Part shown: positions 23,622-36,400 of the stretch, in pieces
How the letters are laid out: the number at the start of each line of letters is the position of its first letter
Position numbering within the stretch: position 1 is the first letter of the stretch
Origin: Macrostomum hystrix
Taxonomy: Eukaryota > Animalia > Platyhelminthes
DNA length: 64,000 nucleotides
Reading direction: 5' to 3'
Assembly (NCBI GenBank): GCA_950097015.1
Contig: CATNEN010000038.1
Span: 11,346,001 to 11,410,000 of the forward strand
The notes under the pieces: generated by a model
Told to the model about the DNA's origin: nothing
Seen by the model: only the letters and a program-made list of their open reading frames with translations
The model's database searches: none
Program-made: the position numbers and the translations under genes

Positions 23622-26600
23622 ATGTCAGAGCAGAATAATCAAGAGCCACAAGATGCTCTTGAAGCCGGCAGCCTTCATCAGCGAGCTGCCTCTCTGTTTA
23701 ACCTTCTCGACCCTCAGGGCACCGGCTTCGTGAACATCGACGACCTACGAGCTATTGCAGCCGAGTCAACAGATGACGAGCAGCAGCAGGCGACGGAGGA
23801 AATCTTCAGAAGGTTTGACACCAATGGAGATGGTCGAATCAATTTGGCTGACTTCCAAATAGCCCTCACGGCCATCAGCTGTAGGGCGGCGGAGGCGGCG
23901 GACATCGGCCAAGACTTAGGTCACGAAGTGCCAATCATTGACGGCGCCGAGGAACTCGAGTGTCACGACGAGGTTCAGCAGATGCAACGTCTGTTAGCGC
24001 AGAATTATCCACAGCTGGCTGAGTCATTCCAGGTGTGTCTCACTGCCAGCATTCAGTCTAATTCAGTTCACAAACTTCGAATCCTACAGAAGCCACTGCT
24101 ATACCAGCCTTATTGCCCCTTTGTAGGGCGTCATTGCAACGGTTGCTACGGAGCTCGCTATTCAGCGTCGCGAGCATCAGGAGCTCGAGACCAGCTATCG
24201 CCGCAGTCGGGACCTGGCCAATCAGCGCGCCCGCCAGCTGCAGGAGGAGATGGAGCGGCAGCTGTCTGGATTCGAAAGGCAGGCTCGGCTGGCGGAGCGA
24301 CAACGACTGGAAGCTGAGTTTCACCAGCTGGCAAACAGGCAGCAGGATGAAATTTCCAGGCTGCAGGTGCGTTTCTGGTTGTGTTTCTGGTTGTGTTTCA
24401 CGAAAATCGGTCATTCCGTTTGGGAGCTATCGTGAAGTAGACAGTAGGTATTTGGAATATCCCCCACCAGGAGAGGAAACAGCGTAGCGAAATAGCGAAA
24501 TCAGTTCTGCTGTAAAACCTTCATGACGCTCGAGACCCTGAGCTCGATTCCGCGGCGAGGCCACACTCATATGGGGCGCAGCCGTGCCCGCGGAGTAAGG
24601 CTTGGGGCTTGTCGTGCAATTTATGCTATTGAGAGCCATTGAGAACAATGTGGCATTGCCCTCAGCACTCCTGTAATTATTCTTATTATTAGTACGCGGG
24701 GTTTTTGAAATCTTCCAGACCTTTGCGATCTTAGGGTCATAGTCTATTTTCCTAGGCTCGGATGTCCGAACTGCGCCGGCATCGCGACTCTGCTGCCGCG
24801 TCGTCCTCGTTGGCTTCTTCGACGGCAGCCGCGGCGGCCCAGGAGGCGGCAGCGGCGGCCAAGTCAGACGCCGACAGGCTGGTTCGAGAGACGCAGCAGC
24901 TGGAAGCGGAGCTGGCTGCCTGCCAGGCCAAGTTGTCGCGCGCTAGAAATCGGGGCGACGCTGGTGAATTAGCATTGAAATCGCAGCGACGTCAGGTGGC
25001 CGAGGAGACCGAACGTCGTCAGGAACTTGATGGCCGTCTGGCGGAGATGCGGCTGGCAAATCTGCGGCTTCGGCAGGCTAACGAGGACCTCCGTAGGGCG
25101 TTGTTCAACGGTGGCCGTCTGCAGCGTCGAATTCGCCGGCATCGGCTTCGAGAGGCCTCTGGAATGTCTGCCTCGTCGATGCTGCGAAAGTCGACGACCT
25201 CCGCTGACATTCCGGCCGCGTTTGGGGGCTGCGAGTTTCGAGACAGCGAGGACTCGGAGTGGGAAGCCGAGACTGGGTGAGTCAACTGAGATGGAATATT
25301 GTGGCAATCCGGATGCTGCAAAAGACACTCAAGGCACAGCCGACTAGTGTTCGAAACTGATAACGTCATGAGCCATGTCTTCCGCATCATTTCCCTCCAA
25401 ATCCAGAGCATCGACCACCACCGCCCGCCTGTCTTCCGCATGGCGCCTTGACGCCAACGAGCAGACGCTGCCTTTGTCATCGCCATCAGAAGACTCCACG
25501 ACCATCGCGTCCTCTGATGAAGCGGATGAAATTGACGATGAAGGCGACACAGACTTGGACGAGTTTAGCGCAGATGAGGATGTCGGCGTGCCCTTGGCTG
25601 ACGAACTTGCAGCAGCTGCGCCGCCCCCTGCTCCGCCGTCGCGCTATCGCCGACGTCGAAGAGCTCGAACGTCGAGACGTCGCCGTCTTCCCTGGCTCGC
25701 CTCATCGGGCGTGGTTGAAGCCGATTTCGATTTCGCGGACGTCGCTGATCAACAGCCGGAGCGCCTATTCAAGATTGTGACCGCGGGCGACGCGGCAGTC
25801 GGCAAAAGTAGCTTCGTCGGCTGCTTCTGCGACGGCCGCTGCCCGCAGTCGACTGTTGCCACAGTCGGCATCGACTTCAGGACGCGTACCCTGGCTGTCG
25901 ACGGTCGGGTGGTGGCAATCCAGCTGTGGGATACCGCCGGGCAGGTGAGTCTGAGTCCTCTGTATAGAAACAGCCTTTCTGTTGTACTAATACTCACCGA
26001 GTCAATATTCTCCTCCCATCCGCAGGAGCGGTTCCGCAGTCTGGCCAGGTCGTACTTTCGTCGCGCTGACGGCGCCCTGCTGATCTACGATTGTACCGAC
26101 GAGGCCAGCTTCGTTGGTGTCCGAGACTGGCTGCTGGCCATCAGGGAGAGCTCGGGCTGCGAGATTCCTGTGCTGCTGCTGGCTAACAAGGTATTCTGAT
26201 CCCATAATATCCTGATCTCATAACACACTGTCCTGATCCCATAATACCCTGATCCAACGAGCAATCAATCAGATGTACACACCTGTGTGAGTGTATGCCT
26301 GCCTATATTATCTGCGTGCGCATGCGCTCAGGAGTCAGCGGAACGGGCAGCATTGCTTCACGCCGGCTGCAGGTCAAGTGTCACTAAATATTAGCCAATG
26401 CCCGCAGCCCACCTGCAATCATAATAATAATTGTAACTATAATAAATATGTTTTTATTATCCCGATCCGCAACACACTATCCTGATCCCGTAAATACTGA
26501 TCCCAAAACATCCGATCCATATCCCCTAAACACTTTTTCCACTGCCGTCTGGAAAATATGATTATCATTAACTTGAATTTCAATCCCAGATCGACGCCCG

Positions 26601-26898
26601 AGACGCTGCGCGCGATCGCGGCTCGGCCGTGGTGGACACGGAGGCGGGGCGGCAGCTTTCCAGCGACTGCGGCGCGCTATTCGCCGAAGCCAGCGCAGCC
26701 ACAGGGCAGAATGTGGCAGCGGCTGTGGCCACGCTCACCCGGGTGCTGCTGCTTCAGCAGGACTTGGCGGTCGGCAATTGCCTTTCTATTCACCTGCGCC
26801 GTCGACCGTCTGACGGTGACGTCACCGGCGTCGGTAGTGGCAGCTCGTCCGCTGTCAAAGCCTGGCATAGAAGGAGCAACTGCTGCAGGAATGCTTAG
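23622..26898 (+). CDS. RASEF: Large Rab GTPase with EF-hands and coiled coil (RASEF/Rab45; CRACR2A/Rab44 family)
   Basis: Exons 23622-24032, 24127-24366, 24756-25276, 25407-25944, 26026-26190 and 26590-26898 are phase-consistent. EF-hand loops DPQGTGFVNIDD and DTNGDGRINLAD; coiled coil; G-motifs GDAAVGKS, TVGIDF, WDTAGQE, NKID and EASA; C-terminal CC prenylation motif (NCCRNA). Confidence 0.9.
24525..24691 (+). mobile_element. SINE-like dispersed repeat (family 2) in RASEF intron 2
   Basis: CCTGAGCTCG...CCGCGGCGAGGCCACACTCAT...CCGCGGAG..AAGGCTTG.GGGCTT.TCGTGCAATT is shared with 40410-40506; ends in a TAT-rich tail. Confidence 0.55.
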
Positions 26899-27404
26899 CT
26901 CGACACTTTGGAATTATCCGCGACTCAATCGATCATTCTATACAAACTTTTAAACTTTTCGATACATGTCGTTTTGTTGTCAACTCTAAACCTGGCTGTA
27001 GGCGAGATCGATAGTCTTCTGAGTGAACATGAAAAAATGCTATTATAGGCTCAAATCTTTTAGGCTAAATAATGAAAAATTAAACATTTATTTCCGAATT
27101 TTCTAAAAATCAATCATTTGATTTCATCGAAGAAAATGGCAGCGATATAAAAAATGCACGAATTAGACTACTTAGAGTAGAAAAGAGAAAATTTATTAAG
27201 CGCTCAACTGCGGCTTAAAACTTTTCTCATAGTAACAAACTTGGCGATTCGACTAGATTGTTGACATTGAATGAAAAGCTCTTTAATCTGACAACTATAT
27301 ATTTTGTTGATTGATTAACATTCAACTCCCTAACAATAATGATCGCAAAAAATATTTCGGATTCAGTCTAAAAAACTATTTATAAACTATGAAGGCCAGT
27401 ATGA

Positions 27405-29258
27405 TGTGTTAGACTGATCCAAAACCTGTTAGACAGATGCCAAAAGTGTTTAGAGGGTCCCAAATCTGTTAGACTGATTCCAAACCGGTTAGACTGATCC
27501 CAAACCTGTTAGACTGATCCCAAACTTGTTAGACTGATCCCAAATCTGTTAGACTGATCCCAAACGACAGATTCCAAACCTGTTAGACTGATCCAAAACC
27601 TGTTAGACACATCCAAAACCTGTTAGACACATCCAAAACCTGTTAGACACATCCAAAACCTGTTAGACACATCCAAAACCTGTTAGACAGATCCCAAACC
27701 GGTTAGACTGATCCCAAACCTGTTAGACTGATCCCAAACCTGTTAGACTGATCCCAAACCTGTTAGACTGATCCCAAACGACAGATTCCAAACCGGTTAG
27801 ACTTATCCCAAACCTGTTAGACTGATCCCAAACGACAGATTCCAAACCGGTTAGACTTATCCCAAACCTGTTAGACTGATCCCAAACCTGTTAGACTGAT
27901 CCAAAACCTGTTAGACACATCCAAAACCTCTTAGACACATCCAAAACCTGTTAGACAGATCCCAAACCGGTTAGACTGATCCCAAACGACAGATTCCAAA
28001 CCGGTTAGACTTATCCCAAACCTGTTAGACTGATCCCAAACCTGTTAAACTGATCCCAAACGACAGATTCCAAACCTGTTAGACTGATCCAAAACCTGTT
28101 AGACACATCCAAAACCTCTTAGACACATCCAAAACCTGTTAAACTGATCCCAAACGACAGATCCCAAACCGGTTAGACTGATCCCAAACCTGTTAGACTG
28201 ATCCCAAACCTGTTAGACTGATCCCAAACCTGTTAGACTGATCCCAAACGACAGATTCCAAACCGGTTAGACTTATCCCAAACCTGTTAGACTGATCCCA
28301 AACGACAGATTCCAAACCGGTTAGACTTATCCCAAACCTGTTAGACTGATCCCAAACCTGTTAGACTGATCCAAAACCTGTTAGACACATCCAAAACCTC
28401 TTAGACACATCCAAAACCTGTTAGACAGATCCCAAACCGGTTAGACTGATCCCAAACGACAGATTCCAAACCGGTTAGACTTATCCCAAACCTGTTAGAC
28501 TGATCCCAAACCTGTTAAACTGATCCCAAACGACAGATTCCAAACCGGTTAGACTTATCCCAAACCTGTTAGACTGATCCCAAACCTGTTAAACTGATCC
28601 CAAACGACAGATTCCAAACCGGTTAGACTTATCCCAAACCTGTTAGACTGATCCAAACCTCTTAGACACATCCAAAACCTGTTAGACAGATCCCAAACCT
28701 GTTAGACGGGTCCCAAACCGGTTAGACTGATCCCAAGCGACAGATTCCAAACCTGTTAGACAGATCCCAAACCTGTTAGACAGATCCAAAACCTGTTAGA
28801 CAGATCCCAAACCTCTTAGACAGATCTCAAACCTGTTGGACAGATCCCAAACCTGTTAGGCAGATCCCAAGCCTTTTAGACAGATCCCAAAACCTGTTAG
28901 ACAGATCCCAAACCTGTTAGACAGATCCTAAACTTCTTAGACAGATTTCAAACCTGTTAGACAGATCCCAAACCTGTTAGACAGATCCCAAGCCTTTTAG
29001 ACAGATCCCAAAACCTGTTAGACACATCCAAAACCTGTTAGACGGGTCCCAAACCTGTTAGACAGGTCTCAGACCTGTTAGACACATCCAAAACCTGTTA
29101 GACAGATCCAAAACCTGTTAGACACATCCAAAACCTGTTAGACGGGTCCCAAACCTGTTAGACAGATCCCAAATCTGTTAGACAGATCCCAAACCTGTTA
29201 GACAGATCTCAAACCTGTTAGACAGATCCTTAACCTGTTAGACGGGTCCCAAACTTGT
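27405..29258. repeat. 20-bp minisatellite (TGTTAGACTGATCCCAAACC)n
   Basis: Directly visible, with higher-order blocks. Confidence 0.96.
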
Positions 29259-29928
29259 AATTAGTCTACACACAGGCAGCCAATCTATATATATAAAAGT
29301 GAAAACTCTGTCTGTCTGTCTGTCTGTCTGTCTGTGTGCAACCTTTTGTCTTTATAGACGCCGAAACCGCTCAACCAAATCGCACCAAACTTTGCACATA
29401 CCTAAAACCACCTACGCTGAGTGCAATAGGCTACTCAAATTCCCGAAAAATCATTTCCTTCCTGCTCAAAAGTGCAAAAAACTGCTCAAAAATCGTCAAA
29501 AAATCACTCAATTCGACATATCGTCGCCCCACTTTGTCAGATTTTCTCCAAATTTGATCCACTTACACTTTACATGTTTTCCAACAATGCTGTCAATTTT
29601 GAACATCTCTACTCAATCCAGAGCAAAGCTGCATCATCTCAAAGTGAGTCACTTTTTGTTTTTCGAGGACAGCCACCCCAACTCCCCTCCGCCACTCTGC
29701 GGGCCAAATTTTATTACAGCCACCCCCTCCCTTCCCCGGGCGCCGAAGCCCCAGACTGTACATTGTATTTCAAGCCGTGAATGTACACAGCCCAAACCCC
29801 TAGACTGTCTACTGGCCCCCAAGCAGCACTGAGACTGAGTGCGGTGAGTGCGGTGGCGTCCCAGTGCGCAGGGCTCTCCGGTCGATATTTCTCTCCAGCC
29901 AGCCTGGAAGAGAGAGGCTGGCGTTTAC

Positions 29929-30531
29929 TGGCTGTCAGAGAGGGCAATTCTGTGTCCTAGAAATGATGCCGCCAACTACCAACTGCTTCAGGAGTTGCCA
30001 GGTGCAGTTTTCACCTACAAGTCAATTGATACAACGTTGACTGATGACACCGCTGTGGAGTATCCTGTTGAGTTTCTGAACTCTCTAGATCCTCCTGGAA
30101 CTCCATCGCACAACTTGCAGCTGAAAGTTGGGGCACCAATTATGCTCCTCCGCAACCTGAATGCGCCAAGGCTGTGTAACGGCACCAGACTGATAGTCAG
30201 GCGGCTCTTCCCACACGTGATTGAGGCCACGATAAAGACTGGATCTGGCAGAGGAGAGTCTGTGTTCGTTCCCCGGATTCCAATTATCCCCACGGACCTG
30301 CCATTTCAGTTCAAGCGACTGCAGTTCCCTGTGAGAGTGTGCTTTGCGATGACTATTAACAAGGCTCAGGGACAGTCGCTGAAGGTGGCTGGCATCAACC
30401 TGGAGACTCCTTGCTTCTCGCATGGGCAGCTTTATGTCGCCTGCTCCCGTGTTGGAACTCCAGCTGGCCTATTCATTTTCGCACCAAGGGGAAGAACGAA
30501 GAATGTGGTGTATCCCCAGGCCTTGAGGTGA
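29929..30531 (+). pseudogene. C-terminal fragment of the Helitron Rep/Pif1-family helicase
   Basis: Motifs LKVGAPIMLLRNL, LCNGTRL, RLQFPVRVCFAMTINKAQGQS, FSHGQLYVACSRV and KNVVY; the Rep domain and Walker A motif are missing. Confidence 0.9.
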
Positions 30532-30683
30532 CTCGCAAGCAATTAATAGAAAAGTAGTCACGAATTGACCTTGACCTGTCTAACTCTGAACTCTGAAACA
30601 GTTTAATTTTGTTTCTTTGACATTGTTATTGTTATGCCATGGCTATTTTCCTTATGTATACGCGTGTACATGCATACTGTATA

Positions 30684-30956
30684 CAGAGGCAGATTTAGGG
30701 GGGGGCGGGGGGGCAGTCGCCCCCCTAAATTTTAATCATGGGATTAAGATGCCCCCACCAGGGGCGCCAGTCGCAGCACTGGCGCCCCTTTTCGGCCGCT
30801 GGCGCCCCTTTTTCAGCCGCTGGCTCCCGTTTTTCAGCCGCTGGCGCCCTTTCTTGGCTCCTGGCGCCCTTTTTCGGCCGCTGGCACCCCCTCTGTGATT
30901 CTCATGGCGCTCCCCTGACAGACCGCCCCAAAACAAAATTCCTGGATCTGCCACTG
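30684..30956. mobile_element. hAT-type MITE nested in the Helitron
   Basis: TIRs CAGAGGCAGATTTAGG / CCTGGATCTGCCACTG; perfect 8-bp TSD ACTGTATA (30676-30683, 30957-30964); internal GCTGGCGCCC repeats. Confidence 0.9.
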
Positions 30957-31446
30957 ACTGTATAGAGGAGTGGCTAAGAGACATGTTTCTAAAGAAGTAA
31001 TCAAGAGGGGGCTTTTTGGACAAACTTTTCACTTATTTTTTACTTAAAACGCCCTTAAACAAACTCTTCACTTTTCATTATTGCAGTAAATAAATAAATG
31101 GTGACCTTCACTATAAAGTTAATACAGAGACGTGAATTGCTTACTGCTTTGCTTTAGATTTCTGCCCCAAAAACAACGGGCAAAAAAAGCTAGTCTGCCA
31201 ATAAAGTAAAGACTGAACGATACAGCAAACTAAAATGCAGTATCGTTCATGGAAAATGAACAATGGTGATTGGCCAGCTGTCTCGAGCCAATAGTAGGGA
31301 ATTTTTTAAACTAGTTTAACTAAACTTGAGTCTATTTAATGGACTAAAAATATTTGGTAGAAATATATATATATTCAGCTTGTGTTTTACCGACTTGATT
31401 CTTTGCTGTAAGTTTTCAGTAGACTTCTGTGATTTATCCTGGGGAG

Positions 31447-32045
31447 AGCTGCAGAATCCAGCTGTGGGGTAGAATCCAGCATCTGCTGAGGGGTAGAATC
31501 CAGCATCAGCTGTGGGGTAGAATCCAGCATCAGCTGTGGGGTAGAATCCAGCATTAGCTGTGGGGTAGAATCCAGCACCAGCTGTGGGGTAGAATCCAGC
31601 ATCAGCTGTGGGGTAGAATCTAGCATCAGCTGTGGGGTAGAATCCAGCATTAGCTGTGGGGTAGAATCCAGCACCAGCTGTGGGGTAGAATCCAGCATTA
31701 GCTGTGGGGTAGAATCCAGCACCAGCTGTGGGGTAGAATCCAGCATCAGCTGTGGGGTAGAATCTAGCATCAGCTGTGGGGTAGAATCCAGCATTAGCTG
31801 TGGGGTAGAATCCAGCACCAGCTGTGGGGTAGAATCCAGCATCAGCTGTGGGGTAGAATCCAGCATCAGCTGTGGGTAGAATCCAGCACCAGCTGTGGGG
31901 TAGAATCTAGCATCAGCTGTGGGGTAGAATCCAGCATCAGCTGTGGGTAGAATCCAGCACCAGCTGTGGGGTAGAATCTAGCATCAGCTGTGGGGTAGAA
32001 TCCAGCATCAGCTGTGGGTAGAATCCAGCACCAGCTTTGGGGTAG
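31447..32045. repeat. 24-bp minisatellite (CAGCTGTGGGGTAGAATCCAGCAT)n
   Basis: Directly visible. Confidence 0.96.
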
Positions 32046-32769
32046 ACTACATGTGGCCCAACTTTGCTGGGTTTAGTTTCTAGCTATGGATGGATCATGA
32101 AATTTAATTACATGCTAATAAATAATTACACAATAAATTATCAGAGCGGAACAAAAACTCCGACAATTTTTTTTATTTTCGTGCGAAGCTGCCAAAGGCA
32201 ATAAAATTTTGGTCCAAAATTTATCTCAGCTGGTTGTCCGTGTGCTCAAAGTATTCTCCTAGCCATAACTCAATTCCACCACTTTCGCGTTGGCAACTCA
32301 TCAAAGGAGGATGACACATTGCAAATGCAATAAATAAGCCCAGCTGTAACTGCAGCTTTGTGGTCTACCTCCTCTACTCGCTTTCATCCCTGGGATCAAT
32401 TATTGTTAGCAACGCTGGCGATGAGGTTGGTGGGACTGCGATACGCACCGGGGGCTCTGGGAGTGGCTCGCATTCATTATTCACCGAAGCCACACTGGAG
32501 AGCATCAGTTGGTAATAGAAATTATTCTGGCTCCTAGGAGCAGGAGCAGGGAGAGAGACTGGACGATGCCCACTTTCTAGGGCCTGGCTTTTAGGTCTGC
32601 GAAACAGCAACTGCTGAATAATAGAAGGGCTATTTATCCCCCATCACCACCCACGCAACAACTTCCTAACTACTATTTTTTCACCTCATTTTTTTGTAAA
32701 CTCGATCTACTATATTTTGCACTAAAAGCTTCCGGACTCAATTTATTTACCTACCTGTTTTCGTCTATT

Positions 32770-33231
32770 GTCAGAGAGCGTGTTACAGTGTTCTATTTTT
32801 AGGCGGTTTAGTCAGAGGGCATGTGTACACTGTTCTATTTTTAGGCGGTTTAGTCAGAGAGCCTATGTACATTGTTCTATTTTTAGGCGGTTAAGTCAGA
32901 GAGAATCTGTACAACACTGTTCTTTTTTTAGGCGGTTTAGTCAGAGAGCCTATGTACATTGTTCTATTTTTAGGCGGTTTAGTCAGAGAGCCTATGTACA
33001 TTGTTCTATTTTTAGGCGGTTAAGTCAGAGAGAATCTGTACAACACTGTTCTTTTTTTAGGCGGTTTAGTCAGAGAGCCTATGTACATTGTTCTATTTTT
33101 AGGCGGTTTAGTCAGAGAGCCTATGTACATTGTTCTATTTTTAGGCGGTTAAGTCAGAGAGAATCTGTACAACACTGTTCTATTTTTAGGCGGTTTAGTC
33201 AGAGAGCCTATGTACATTGTTCTATTTTTAG
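32770..33231. repeat. ~42-45-bp minisatellite with 3-unit higher-order periodicity
   Basis: TGTTCTATTTTTAGGCGGTTTAGTCAGAGAG... repeated about 11 times. Confidence 0.93.
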
Positions 33232-33479
33232 CAGGTCTCGCAAAGGCGTGTGTGTGCGCTGATTCTAGTTTTAAGATGTTTGGTTCTCATGAGCAAGTGA
33301 ACCCATATTGATTTTTGTTTGTAAACGTACTACTTACAGTTTTAACATTGTCATAGCTCATGGTTGTAGGCTACAAATCTCACATTTCTCATGCTTTTTC
33401 AGTACTCTTCGCGGATTTCAAGCATTTCAAAAAGGCTGACCAGAAATTTTATCTGCTTTTTCTCTTCGACAAGAAGAAA

Positions 33480-36400
33480 ATGCTACAGCAGCTGCTAACA
33501 CTACTCTGTACTTTGCACTGGTCCCTTCTGTTCTTCTCAATGTCGACTGCAACTCCAGCGCTGGGTCCTCCTGAAGTGAGCGCTCGAGCATCAGCCGACG
33601 CTGTGTCGGACATTCTGGACAACCTTCTGCTCAGCTACGACAAGGCCATGCGGCCGATTCAGCACGATGACGAGGCTGGTAACTTGTCGGCACCGCTAAG
33701 CGTTCAAATCAGCATCAACATTCGCAGCATGGGTCCCATATCAGACAAGGACATGACCCTGTCCATGGACTGCTACTTTCGTCAGCTCTGGCGAGACAGC
33801 CGGTTGAATTTCAGCGAGAACAGCACCGGCTTTGCCAGCTTCCAGCTTAACGAGAAATTCTTGCACGAAATCTGGAGACCGGACACCTACTTCATGAATG
33901 GCCGAGCATCCTACCTGCACAACCTCACCTCACCCAATGTGCTCATCAGGATTCGGAGCCGAGGGGAGATTCTCTACTCAATGCGACTCACAATTAAGGT
34001 AAATTGGTGAATGGTGAATGGGATCTCAAGATGTCATGATCTCAAGATTGTGGGATTATCTGTAAATCTGGGATCTGGGAAAATTGGAGAACGGGAGAAA
34101 TAAGGAATGTGAGAATGGAAGACTGGGAGAATGGGACTATGGGAGATGGGAGAATGGGAAAATGGAAGAATGGGAGAATCGGAGGATGGGAGAATGGGAG
34201 AATCGGAGAATGGGAGAATCGGAGAATCGGAGAATGGGAGAATGGGAGAATGGGAGAATGGGAGAATGGGAAATTGAAGAATGGGAGAATCGGAGGATGG
34301 GAGAAAGGGAGAATCGGAGAATCGGAGAATCGGAGAATCAGAGAATGGTAGAATCGCAGAAAGGGAGAACGGGAGAATGGAAGAATGGGAGAATGGGGAA
34401 ATCAGTTAATTCGTTCCTCCTCTGCCTCCTCAATTATTGATTGGTCAATGGTCTCTCAATATTGTGGGATAACTTGTGAATGTGTTGTCAAGATTTGGGA
34501 TTTTCGAAGAATTGCATGTCAGGGTTGTGTGGATTTTTCTATCAATTGGATGATAAGGTTTTGGGTTGCTTGTATTATGTCAATTAGACATTTTTAATCT
34601 ACAAATTTGGCAGTTAAAATTAATATTACAAGTGGTTTTATGGTTAATATTTCGGTTTTGTACGACGGTAATTTGTAGGCACAATAATTTGATTTTAATT
34701 ATTAGAACAACACAAGAACGAAAAATCGATTAATGAAAAATACATGCATTAGCCGAGACAACTAGTAAGTTAAAAGCTTTTTAGGTAAATCCTCTTTTGC
34801 TCCAAAAATTGCACGAGTATAAGCCTGCTACTCTGCGTCATCCGCTTCGGGAAATTAATATGCAGCTTATCTGTTTAAAGGTTACCGGACATGCCTGGGA
34901 TTGCCCCGAACCGAAGGAACCGAAGAACAGATGCGACTGGGAGAATAGGAGGTTGGGAGGGTGGGAGAATATAAAAGAGGCAGAACGGAAGGAATTGCAG
35001 GGGCCGAATAAAATAATGCGAGAATGCAAGAATGGGAGCATGGAAGAATGGGAAAATGGAAGAATATGAAAATGGGAGAGAGGGGAAATTATATATTGGG
35101 AGAATGGAATAAAGGGAGAATGGGAGAATGGGAGAATGGGAGAATGGGAGAGAGGGAAAATGGAATAATGGGAGAATGGAAGAATGGGAAAATGAGAAAA
35201 GTGAGAATGGGAGAAAGGGAGAATATAATAATGGGGTGAATCAGAGAATTGGAGAATGGGAGAACGTGAGAATGGGAGAATGGAAGAATGGGAAAATTGG
35301 AAAATGGAAGAATGGGAGAATGGGAAAAGGGGAGAATGGGAGAATAGAAAAATGGGAGAATTGGAGAATGGGAAAATGGGAGAATTGGAGAATGGGAGAA
35401 TCTGAGAATGGGAGAGAGGGAAAATGGGAGAATGGGATAATGGAAGAATGGGAAAATGGGAAAAGGGGAGAATTGGAGAACGTGAGAATGGGAGAATGGA
35501 AGAATGGGAAAATTGGAAAATGGAAGAATGGGAGAATGGGAAAAGGGGAGAATGGGAGAATAGAAAAATGGGAGAATTGGAGAATGGGAAAATGGGAGAA
35601 TTGGAGAATGGGAGAATCTGAGAATGGGAGAGAGGGAAAATGGGAGAATGGGATAATGGAAGAATGGGAAAATGGGAAAAGTGAGAATGGGAGAAAGGGA
35701 AAATATAATAATGGGGTGAATCAGAGAATTGGAGAATGGGAAAAGGGGAGAATTGGAGAATGGGAGAATGGGAGAATCTGAGAATGGGAGAGAGGGAAAA
35801 TGGAATAATGGGAAAATGGGAAAAGTGAGAATGGGAGAAAGGGAGAATATAATAATGGGGTGAATCAGAGAATTGGAGAATGGGAGAATGGGAGAATGGC
35901 ATCAATAAAAAAGGTGTCAGGTTAAAGTTGCGCGGTTGCCATCTCGCACAGGCGCACTGTCCCATGGACTTTCATCGCTACCCAATGGACACGCAGCACT
36001 GCCCGCTGCACATTGCTAGCCACGGCTACGGTCTCAGCGACTTGTCCTACAGCTGGCGCTACGCCCAGCACTCAATTGAGACGGCGGCCAACCTGCAGAT
36101 GTCCCAGTTCGACCTGGTCAAGGTGTCAACCGGCGGCACTGTTCGAGCCATCGGCAAACTCGGAAATTTCTCCGTGCTCAGTGTCAGTTTTGTGCTAAAA
36201 CGGCACGTGGGATATTTTCTCATACAGCTCTACCTGCCCTGCGCACTGCTAGTGGTGCTGTCTTGGTGAGTCTGTGCTGCGGGAGAGGTGGGAGGGGGAA
36301 GACAGTGGGAAGAGAAGGGGAGAATACGAAGGGGATGAAGAGGAGAGGATAAGAGGGATGGCGAAGTGAAGGGGAGAAGAGGAGGGAAGAAGAGAAGGGG

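Larger units (their letters stand above)
29284..31193 (+). mobile_element. Non-autonomous Helitron with a Pif1-helicase remnant
   Basis: A|TC 5' end (TCTATATATATAAAA followed by (TCTG)n); 3' hairpin TGCCC...GGGCA (~31163-31182) followed by CTAG|T; inserted at an A/T site with no TSD; internal helicase fragment. Confidence 0.88.
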
